DNA of 64,000 nucleotides from Acidimicrobiales bacterium (GTDB taxonomy: Bacteria; Actinomycetota; Acidimicrobiia; Acidimicrobiales; JACCXE01). Shown piece after piece: positions 11,679-19,041 of the stretch. The stretch spans positions 1,212 to 65,211 of the forward strand of contig JBKJQZ010000069.1 of assembly GCA_046594835.1 (NCBI GenBank), written 5' to 3'. Position numbers and translations under genes: made by a program. The notes beneath the pieces were generated by a model that saw nothing but the letters and a program-made list of their open reading frames with translations, had not been told where the DNA came from and did no database searches. Numbering within the stretch: the stretch's first letter is position 1; every line of letters begins with the position of its first letter.

Positions 11679-13160
11679 ATGCGCATGCACGAACGCCTTG
11701 GCTCAAAAGCAATTCTTGTGTACGCGCTCCTGGCCGGCGTGGTCGCGGTGTTCGGCGCGGGCCTCGAGGTCGTGACTGCGTACCAATACGCCGGGCGACG
11801 CATCCAAGGCGTGGGCAGCGTGGCGATCGCCGGCCAGTTCATCAGTCTCGTCTGCGTGACTACCGCCGCGTTTCTGACGGCGCGCCTTCTCGGTCCCGCT
11901 TTCGGGTTCGTAGGCTCAGACGATCGCGAGCGGGACGCGCCGGCGGCGTGGCTGGCCGCGATCCGCGGACTCGACCGAGCCGTCTCGCTGGGCTTTGTGC
12001 TCTTTGGGCTTGCGAATGTTCCCCTCGCGTTCTACGCCCGTTCGGCCCTCGACCTCGGGCCGGCGGCGGTCCCCGTGGCGTTCAGTTTCATGGTGTTATT
12101 CACTGCGCTCGCCGCTTGCCTCGACTACGTCGCGTTCCGTCGCCTGTTGCGGCCTCTCATCCATACGATCGCGGCCCATCTTGCCGAAGACTTCGAACCG
12201 CAGTACCGGACACCGCCGCTACGACTCCGGTTGTTTTCGGTGATGCTCGTGTTGACCACAGTCGCGGGCACAACTGCCGCGTCGGTCGGCACCGGCGACA
12301 TCGTGTCGCGGCTCGCCCTCGGCTTGGGGGTGTCGGGCGGATTCGTATTGGTCTACGGCGTGCTGTTGGCTTTCTTGCTCACCGACAGCGTCTCCAATCC
12401 GATGGACGAACTCGTGCGCGCGACCCGGCGAGTCGCGATCGGCGACTTCTCGACGCGGGTTCCAGTGGTGGATGCCGACGACACTGGTTCTTTGGCGACC
12501 GCGTTCAACCACATGATGCGCGGGCTCACCGAACGCCAGACACTGCGAGAAGCAATGGGTAGCTACGTGGATCCGTACGTGGCCGAACGTGTCCTTGCGG
12601 AAGGCCAGATGCTCGGCGGCCACGCGGTTGACGCCACCGTGCTGTTTGTTGACATTCGAGGCTTCACCGCGTGGTGCGACGGGCGCACCGCAGAGGAGAC
12701 CGTTGCCCACCTCAACGACTTCTTTGGACTCGTCGTACCGATACTCGCCGAGCGGGGTGGCCACGCAAACAAATTCATGGGCGACGGGCTGCTTGCGGCG
12801 TTCGGTGTGCCCACCGCATGTGAGGACCACGCCGACCGCGCGTTGCAGGCTTCAATCCGGGTTATCGAGGCCATCCGCGCTCGGTACGGCGAGGAGCTAC
12901 GCGTTGGAATTGGAATCAATACGGGCCGGCTTGTCGTCGGCAGTATCGGCGGCGGCGGCCGACTTGAGTTCGGCTTGATTGGCGACGTGGTGAATGTGGC
13001 CTCGCGCGTTGAACAATGCACAAAGGACACCGGCGACGCGATCCTGTTTACCGACGCAACCCGCGCCGCACTCGCGCAGGAGTATGCACTTGTTGCCCGC
13101 GGCGCAACGGCGGTGCGCGGCAAAACTGCCCCGGTCGCTCTGTACGCGCTCGAAGTTTGA
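11679..13160 (+). CDS. Class III adenylate/guanylate cyclase with 6 TM helices and a HAMP domain
   Basis: Six hydrophobic segments are followed by HAMP (MDELVRATRRVAIGDFSTRV...LATAFNHMMRGL). The cyclase homology domain follows (VLFVDIRGFTAW, KFMGDGLLAAFG, GINTGRLVVGSIG, IGDVVNVASR). The start is uncertain: the GTG at 11490 is the longest option and I prefer the ATG at 11679. Confidence 0.85.
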   Translation: MRMHERLGSKAILVYALLAGVVAVFGAGLEVVTAYQYAGRRIQGVGSVAIAGQFISLVCVTTAAFLTARLLGPAFGFVGSDDRERDAPAAWLAAIRGLDRAVSLGFVLFGLANVPLAFYARSALDLGPAAVPVAFSFMVLFTALAACLDYVAFRRLLRPLIHTIAAHLAEDFEPQYRTPPLRLRLFSVMLVLTTVAGTTAASVGTGDIVSRLALGLGVSGGFVLVYGVLLAFLLTDSVSNPMDELVRATRRVAIGDFSTRVPVVDADDTGSLATAFNHMMRGLTERQTLREAMGSYVDPYVAERVLAEGQMLGGHAVDATVLFVDIRGFTAWCDGRTAEETVAHLNDFFGLVVPILAERGGHANKFMGDGLLAAFGVPTACEDHADRALQASIRVIEAIRARYGEELRVGIGINTGRLVVGSIGGGGRLEFGLIGDVVNVASRVEQCTKDTGDAILFTDATRAALAQEYALVARGATAVRGKTAPVALYALEV

Positions 13161-13277
13161 TATAGCCGTACGGTGAATGCGTCTCCAGGCCGGGTGCGAA
13201 AGACCGCAACGACCTCCGGAATGCGCTTCTTGCCGCAACTTGAGGCTCCGACGGAGCCACTTGGGTACTAGAGCGCC

Positions 13278-14153
13278 ATGGAATTCAACGACGATGCACG
13301 ACTGGACACGTCACAGGTAAGCGACGGGCGCGGCCGCGGCGGGATGATGGGCGCACTGCCCGGCGGTCGCCTCGCTGCAGGCGGTGGCGGACTCGGCCTC
13401 ATCGGCGTGGTGATTGCGATCGTCCTTAGTCTCACGAACGGTGGCGGATCGACCAATCTCGCGACGCCCACAACACCGGGTGAAGTTGCGACGCAGTGCC
13501 AGACCGGCGCCGACGCCAACCAACGCACCGATTGCCGCGTGGTCGGCATCGTCAACAGCGTCCAGGCGTTCTGGGCCGACGAAGCGCCCAACCAAGGGCT
13601 TGCGTACGTAGACGCCAAGACGCGGTTGTTCAGCCAGCAGATATCGACGGGTTGTGGCCCGGCGTCATCCTCGACCGGACCGTTCTATTGCCCGGCCGAC
13701 AAGTACGTGTATCTCGACCTCACCTTTTTCGATGAGCTGCGCAGTCAGTTCGGCGCCACTGGTGGGCCGTTCGCGCAGGCCTACGTGATCGCGCACGAAT
13801 ATGGCCACCACGTGCAGGACATCCTGGGCACCATGGACCGCATCGACCAGCGCGCCACCGGACCCCAGAGTGATTCGGTGCGGCTCGAACTCCAGGCCGA
13901 CTGTTACGCGGGCGTGTGGGCCGCGCACGCAGTGGAAACCGGGTTCATCTCCCAGCTCACCGACGCCGACATCGCCGACGGACTCGACGCCGCGGCTGCG
14001 GTGGGCGACGACCGCACCCAGGAAAAGTTTCAGGGCGAAGTAAACCCCGAAGCCTGGACCCACGGTTCGGCGGCGTCGCGGCAGAAGTGGTTCCGCGCCG
14101 GCTATACGACCGGCGATCCGACGAAGTGCGACACCTTCGTTGGCTCAGTGTGA
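13278..14153 (+). CDS. Neutral zinc metallopeptidase (YpfJ / PF04228-like), membrane anchored
   Basis: HExxH is present in [12 protein letters not shown]. An N-terminal TM follows a Gly-rich stretch. The [10 protein letters not shown] and GS...R motifs are typical of this family. Confidence 0.8.
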   Translation: MEFNDDARLDTSQVSDGRGRGGMMGALPGGRLAAGGGGLGLIGVVIAIVLSLTNGGGSTNLATPTTPGEVATQCQTGADANQRTDCRVVGIVNSVQAFWADEAPNQGLAYVDAKTRLFSQQISTGCGPASSSTGPFYCPADKYVYLDLTFFDELRSQFGATGGPFAQAYVIAHEYGHHVQDILGTMDRIDQRATGPQSDSVRLELQADCYAGVWAAHAVETGFISQLTDADIADGLDAAAAVGDDRTQEKFQGEVNPEAWTHGSAASRQKWFRAGYTTGDPTKCDTFVGSV

Positions 14154-14494
14154 TGACGGTGACCGCTGACATCGAGATCGTGCGCGCGATGTTCGCGGCA
14201 TATCTGGAGGGCGATACCGAGACCGCAGACCGGCTGCTCGCGGACGACTTCCAGTTCACTAGTCCGCAGGACGACCACATCGACAAGAGCGCGTTCATGG
14301 CGCGCTGCTTTCCGACGGCGGAGCGGGTCGTGACCCAGGAAATCCTTGAGCTGGTCTCGGCCGGCACGAATGGCGTTTTCATCATGTACGAGTACATGCT
14401 GAAGACGGGCGAGCGGCACCGCAACGCCGAGTTCATCACCGTGCGTAACGGCAAACTCGTCGAGACGCAGGTGTTCTTCGGCGGCGGTTACTGA
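14153..14494 (+). CDS. SnoaL-like / NTF2-fold protein
   Basis: The ATG overlaps the upstream stop (TGATG). The product (IVRAMFAAYLEGDTETADRLLADDFQFTSP...) fits the SnoaL-like pattern. Confidence 0.7.
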   Translation: MTVTADIEIVRAMFAAYLEGDTETADRLLADDFQFTSPQDDHIDKSAFMARCFPTAERVVTQEILELVSAGTNGVFIMYEYMLKTGERHRNAEFITVRNGKLVETQVFFGGGY

Positions 14495-14505
14495 TCGCTT
14501 GGGTT

Positions 14506-15894
14506 CTACGTGCGCGCTTCGTAGTGGACGATTCGGTTCTCCACCCGCACCGCTCCGGGCGGGCAACCGGGCGCGAAGTCCGCCGTGACCACACGGAACT
14601 CCGATTGTGTTGGTCCGGTGTAGAAGACCCCGGCGGGGGCTGCACCAACGACGCAGTACGTGTATCCCGGTCGGAGGTAGCGCCACATTGACGCCACGTT
14701 CCACTGCCGCGCCGCCTCGGCGTAATCGACCCGCTCAATCCGGTAGTACTGGGCATTCGCGCTCGTCATCACTGCGAACAGGACCGCCACGACCGCGAGG
14801 AGTCCGATGGCGGCTTCGGGTCGGTGGCGTTTCAGGCTCGGGTAGACGATGCCGACGACGCCCGCCCAGGTCAGCGGCAAGAACTGTAAGTAACGCATGT
14901 CGTTGGAGTTTGGTTGGGCCGACACGATCACAAGCAGGGCGAGACCGGTGAGAGCGACCACGCGCCCGCGTCGGCCGTGCACGACGACGAGTAGTCCGAC
15001 GAACAACACGAGGTACACGACGACGTTTACGTTCCAGAACCCACCCATGCGGTAGCCGGCCGCAGTATGGCCTTGATCGATGATCCAGCGGGCGCGATCC
15101 GGGTAATGCGTCGGAACCCCGATCTCGAACAACGAGCGGAAGAACACGACCACTTGGTTTGCGTGGGCTAGCGACGGGGGACGCTGGTCGCCAACCCCGA
15201 CGTCGGAGTACCGCCATGTAGCGGGGAATACGTTGCCGAGCACCGGAAACTCGACGGGCCAAAATGGGTTGCCGAACACCAAGAAGTTCTTGATGTAGTT
15301 CCCCAACCCGATCACGACCAGCGCCCCGAATTCCGCGACGCGGCGAGTGCGGTCTGCCACAGGGGCGGTCCAGGGCCGGTACACCAGCGCGTAGAGCCCG
15401 AAGCCAATCATGCAGATCAACCCAAGCTGCGGCTTGGACCACAACGCGCCCACCAGCGCGCCCGCGCCGATAAAGAACAGGCGGCGATCGTGGCGGCGGT
15501 CGTGCAAGTAAACGAACACGATGGTGCAAAGGCCCGTCGCTAGCAGCGAGTTCGAGAACAGGTCGACGTAGCTGGTGGCCGTGTGAATGATCACCATCGG
15601 TGCGGTCAGCGCGATCGGCGCTATCACATAGAACGGCGCGTGCAGCTTGAACTGGCACACCGCAAGGAAGCCGCCGAAGGCCGCGATGTTCAACACGCCG
15701 ATGGTGTTGATGTCGTTGGTCGCGCGCCACACCAATCCCATCAAGAGGTGGGGGAGGGCGGGATAGCCGTCGTAGAAGTCCTGCAGCCGTTGGGTGAGTT
15801 CGAACGGAACGTGGATGCCGGCAGCCTTGGCCGCGAAGGGGACGTGGTACGCCCACGCGTCCCAGCGCAGCTCGAGGCGCGTGTAGGAACGCAC
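14506..15894 (-). CDS. Multi-pass membrane protein, paralogue B of 6025..7518
   Basis: It aligns colinearly with paralogue A over N- and C-terminal regions. The track start is the GTG at 15894. The frame stays open upstream through a TM1-like segment but contains no ATG/GTG/TTG there (see findings). Confidence 0.7.
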   Translation of the reverse strand: MRSYTRLELRWDAWAYHVPFAAKAAGIHVPFELTQRLQDFYDGYPALPHLLMGLVWRATNDINTIGVLNIAAFGGFLAVCQFKLHAPFYVIAPIALTAPMVIIHTATSYVDLFSNSLLATGLCTIVFVYLHDRRHDRRLFFIGAGALVGALWSKPQLGLICMIGFGLYALVYRPWTAPVADRTRRVAEFGALVVIGLGNYIKNFLVFGNPFWPVEFPVLGNVFPATWRYSDVGVGDQRPPSLAHANQVVVFFRSLFEIGVPTHYPDRARWIIDQGHTAAGYRMGGFWNVNVVVYLVLFVGLLVVVHGRRGRVVALTGLALLVIVSAQPNSNDMRYLQFLPLTWAGVVGIVYPSLKRHRPEAAIGLLAVVAVLFAVMTSANAQYYRIERVDYAEAARQWNVASMWRYLRPGYTYCVVGAAPAGVFYTGPTQSEFRVVTADFAPGCPPGAVRVENRIVHYEART

Positions 15895-16264
15895 AGCGAG
15901 AACGCCAAGCGCGAGGAGCGTGACGATTCCGAGTGCCGTCTCAACTACGACAGTGGCGGTGGTGAGCCGGGCCCGAATGCACCGAGGCTACGCGGCACGT
16001 CGAATCAAAGTCACCCATGGCAGGTTCGCTACGATGACCCACGCGTTAAGGTGGCGCGGGGCCGGTACAAAACCCCGCCGTGCTGGGCAAACGTGCCCGC
16101 GATCACGAGCGTCAGAACGCATTGACCTCCATTTCAGAACGCTTTGACTCGGCGCGCTCTCCCGTGCCGAAATAGTTAGGCCCGCCAAAACCGCGGCCAG
16201 TTCTCCCGTTGGGCCTGCGTCGAACCTGCCGGGCGACAAGCAGGCTCAACGGGAGTTGTCGCGG

Positions 16265-16495
16265 TCAGTCCTGAATCTCGAGGTGAAACCAGGTGGCTTC
16301 GTCTTCGAATTGGAACTCGAACGACTCGCCGGCGTCGAACTCGAGACAGTCGCCAACGGCGAGCACGGTGCCGGAGGGGAGGTGGGTCATCTCGCCCTTA
16401 GTTGGGAAGATGAAACACCGCCCGACCGGCGTGTGAAACGCCTTCATCGTGCGCGAAGTCCCGCTGCTTGAATGGATCACGGAAATCTGACGCAT
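16265..16495 (-). CDS. Small cupin-like fragment / hypothetical protein
   Basis: HTPVGRCFIFPTKGEMTHLPSGTVLAVGDCLEFDAG resembles the second half of a cupin barrel. It lies directly downstream of the Cys-rich secreted protein gene. It may be a remnant. Confidence 0.35.
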   Translation of the reverse strand: MRQISVIHSSSGTSRTMKAFHTPVGRCFIFPTKGEMTHLPSGTVLAVGDCLEFDAGESFEFQFEDEATWFHLEIQD

Positions 16496-16506
16496 CGACT
16501 TCGACC

Positions 16507-17133
16507 CTAGTTACAGGGCAACTCTTCCGAGGGCGACACCGCGGTGATCTTGCCCGCTTCGTCGTAGGCGCTTCCGCTACCGACGACAATTGTGTAGGTG
16601 CCAACTGTCCTGTTGCAGTCGAACTCACCGCCAGCGCCAAGGTTGCAGGTTGGGTTGAATTTCGAGACCGGGCAGCCGCTGGCCCGTTCCTGAATCACCA
16701 CGCCGTTCACCGTGATCGTGTAGCTCCATCGAAGCTGTGCCGTGGAGTTCCCTGGGAAGTCGCAGTAGCAGGTGAGCGTAGGGACCCAACGCACGCCTGT
16801 GGCGTTTGAGGACAGGTTGATCGCCATTTCCAACGCTCCAGATGGATACGATCGAGCGGCGGCCAACACCACAGCGCAAGGACCTTCACTACGGCCTTGT
16901 TGATCGTCGATGCCAGCGATCTGGCATCCCGACTCAGCCGTGTTAGCTGTGAGATCGGCGCTAGGAGTGACCTGTTTGCCGGCGATCGGTCCGGCCGTGT
17001 TTCGCGCGATCCCAGTCGCACTTACCGGCGCCACCGGGACCCTCGGTACCTCAAGCGCTACCGCGGCGGGTGTCGCTATTAAGAACCCCAGTACCAGCGC
17101 GCAGGCGAGCGCCACTTGTCGTCGTTGAACCAT
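16507..17133 (-). CDS. Secreted cysteine-rich protein of unknown function
   Basis: GGGGAG lies about 8 nt upstream of the ATG at 17133. Signal peptide MVQRRQVALACALVLGFLIATPAAVALE. The mature part has 8 Cys. No family recognised. Confidence 0.65.
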   Translation of the reverse strand: MVQRRQVALACALVLGFLIATPAAVALEVPRVPVAPVSATGIARNTAGPIAGKQVTPSADLTANTAESGCQIAGIDDQQGRSEGPCAVVLAAARSYPSGALEMAINLSSNATGVRWVPTLTCYCDFPGNSTAQLRWSYTITVNGVVIQERASGCPVSKFNPTCNLGAGGEFDCNRTVGTYTIVVGSGSAYDEAGKITAVSPSEELPCN

Positions 17134-17356
17134 TTTCTTGCTCCCCAGCCTTAGGGAGGCCCTTTGGCCTCCTCGGTCCTTACGCACGAGAGGGTGTGGC
17201 CCTTACATCTACTTTTCAGAAATCGAGTTCGCTCGGAGCCGACAGCAGGTGCGGGGTGGCGCCGCGTTGAACTAAACCCACGTCCAAAGACGAAAAAGGG
17301 CGGGGCGCAGTTGCTCTTACAGCTGGGCGTGCAGCGTCAGACGACGCTGGGTGTGA

Positions 17357-17515
17357 CTAGACGCAGATCTCGATGGGATCTGGGAAGAGCGGCGGGATCG
17401 GCGGAATGGTGATGCAGACCGCCTGCGCAGGCGCGGGATTCACCATCGGAAGGACGAAACCGCCCACGATCATGGCGACGACTATGAGCGCCGCACGAGT
17501 CTTGCTACGTAGCAT
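17357..17515 (-). CDS. Small secreted peptide precursor (52 aa): signal peptide plus 20-aa Pro-rich two-Cys peptide; not in the ORF track
   Basis: I translated this ORF by hand: MLRSKTRAALIVVAMIVGGFVLPMVNPAPAQA|VCITIPPIPPLFPDPIEICV*. A perfect AGGAGG sits with a 9-nt spacer before the ATG (ACAGGAGGTTGGTCAATG). The n/h/c signal-peptide architecture ends in an AQA cleavage motif. Confidence 0.6.
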   Translation of the reverse strand: MLRSKTRAALIVVAMIVGGFVLPMVNPAPAQAVCITIPPIPPLFPDPIEICV

Positions 17516-17542
17516 TGACCAACCTCCTGTTGGGGTTGGTCA
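17516..17542. promoter_or_regulatory. Perfect 9-9-9 palindrome abutting the small-peptide start codon
   Basis: TGACCAACC (17516-17524) and GGTTGGTCA (17534-17542) are exact reverse complements separated by 9 nt. On the minus-strand mRNA the hairpin would include part of the AGGAGG SD and end at the ATG. Confidence 0.5.
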
Positions 17543-17571
17543 GGGCACGCTCGGGGGGTGCGACCTCTTAC

Positions 17572-18549
17572 ATGCTTGAACCGTTAGAGCCACTACAGCC
17601 GAGCGCGTTCGAGCTGTGGTGGGCGACTACAGACCCGGTAGTTCGAGCGTTCCTACGTCAACGTGGATGCCAGCTGCACGATGTCGACGACCTCGTGCAG
17701 CTGACCTCCGAGAAGGCATGGCGGACGCCTAAGAGCTTTGGCAACGCAGGACATTTCGTCGCTTGGTGTTGCACCGTCGCAGAAAGCCGTCGAATCGACG
17801 AGTGGCGCAAAACCCGTCGGGAGACACTGAGCGACCTTCACGAGCGCCCGGAGCACTTTGATATTGAGGACCTGGCTTTGAACCTCGTCACGAGGGACCT
17901 ACTGCTAAGGGTGATCGCGACGCTTCCGCCGGTGCAGCGGGACGCGGTCCTCGGAGTGCTCGACGTCTCCTCGCCCGGTGCGGCCAACCGAGTCGGCGTG
18001 GCGCGTCACCGGGCGCGGAACAAGCTCCGCGATGCGTGGGAGAGGCTCCTAGGAGGACTGACCGCGGGTCCGCTGGGCCGAGTCTTGGCGAGATTCACGC
18101 GCGCTGGTCAACAGGTGTCGCCAGAGGCAGCCAGTGCCGTGATCGCCACCGGTGTAGCAGCAATCTTGGGTGTTCTCGGTGTCTCGGCGCTAGCTCTCCA
18201 GGATTATCACCAGGCGTCGCGAGCTGAGGCGTCGAAAGCGGTCGGTCTGAAAGGCTCGGGCTTCGCTACGAACGCGACGGCGGGCAGGAATGCGACGACG
18301 TCGGTGGCTCCTAAAGCGGAAGCGCCGGTCTCCAAGCCGAACTATTCACCGGTGAGACGCACGAGTTTGCCGTTCTTGCCAGCGTCGGATGGGTCGCCTC
18401 AGAGGGTCGTCATCGAGCCCTCCACTCCCGAGAAGTCCGGCCAGCACGTGTGCTTCTCCACCATGGTCACGCCGTACGGATGTGTGACGACGCCCTTTCA
18501 GTCAATCGACTACGTGTTCCCGAGCTGGATGCCGCAACCTTTGCCTTAA
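17572..18549 (+). CDS. ECF-type sigma-70 factor fused to a C-terminal TM helix and extracytoplasmic domain
   Basis: The sigma-2-like region is DVDDLVQLTSEKAWR...FVAWCCTVAESRRIDEWRK. The sigma-4-like region is LPPVQRDAVLGV...VARHRARNKLRDAW. A TM helix (AVIATGVAAILGVLGVSALAL) follows, then a tail of about 110 aa with 2 Cys. The ATG at 17572 is preferred over the track start at 17515. Confidence 0.7.
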   Translation: MLEPLEPLQPSAFELWWATTDPVVRAFLRQRGCQLHDVDDLVQLTSEKAWRTPKSFGNAGHFVAWCCTVAESRRIDEWRKTRRETLSDLHERPEHFDIEDLALNLVTRDLLLRVIATLPPVQRDAVLGVLDVSSPGAANRVGVARHRARNKLRDAWERLLGGLTAGPLGRVLARFTRAGQQVSPEAASAVIATGVAAILGVLGVSALALQDYHQASRAEASKAVGLKGSGFATNATAGRNATTSVAPKAEAPVSKPNYSPVRRTSLPFLPASDGSPQRVVIEPSTPEKSGQHVCFSTMVTPYGCVTTPFQSIDYVFPSWMPQPLP

Positions 18550-18837
18550 TTGACGTATCGAATCGCCTGGCCCTCACGTAGGTCGGGTATGTCGAACTTC
18601 CGTCTTCGTTTACGGCCGCAAGCGCGTCTACGCCGACCTCCTCGGCTGGGCGTTGGGCGAGAACGGCGGTGTGGCCTGGATGGCGAAGCAACGCGGCGCG
18701 AACGCCCCACCCGGCGGGCACCTGAGCGATGGGTCGATCGGTCGAATAAAGGAGGTGGCTAGAGGTTCGCTACCATGATTGTCCGCGTTCACGTAAACTG
18801 GCGAGAGGTTTTCTTCCAGTTTTTTTGTGCACGCCCA

Positions 18838-18911
18838 GGGGGCGTAGCTCAGTTGGCTAGAGCACCTGCTTTGCAAGCAGGAAGTCGTCGGTTCGAGTCC
18901 GATCGCCTCCA
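18838..18911 (+). tRNA. tRNA-Ala (anticodon TGC), CCA not encoded
   Basis: The acceptor GGGGGCG/CGCCTCC carries the diagnostic G3:U70 pair. Anticodon loop TTTGCAA, T-loop TTCGAGT. The tRNA is 74 nt including the discriminator A. Confidence 0.95.
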
Positions 18912-19041
18912 CTACTCCTGAGCCTGTCGTTGAAAATCGAGCCTGGTCCCCTCGACGATATGTACGCGCTTGCGGGGGGTTTCTTGTGCGGCCGAACGGT
19001 ACGCCGCTCAAGTCGACGGCTCCTGATCCGATAGGCGAGAA

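Noticed and set aside
17270-17356. Hairpin CAGCGTC-AGAC-GACGCTG (17332-17349) and a downstream T-run on the minus strand, between the small-peptide stop and the Cys-rich gene
   Set aside because: It could be an attenuator or terminator separating the two genes. However, the stem is only 7 bp and the T-run is not adjacent to it, so it is noted but not called.
18748-18757. Perfect anti-SD complement AAAGGAGGTG upstream of tRNA-Ala
   Set aside because: The only downstream starts give either a 7-codon ORF or an ORF 18 nt away that reads through the tRNA. It is probably fortuitous or part of the tRNA promoter/leader, so I call no gene.
7982-18837. tRNA-flanked interval as an integrative island or ICE
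   Set aside because: I saw no integrase, recombinase, transposase, or direct repeat of either tRNA 3' end. I keep it as accessory gene content (see findings) but do not call it a mobile element.
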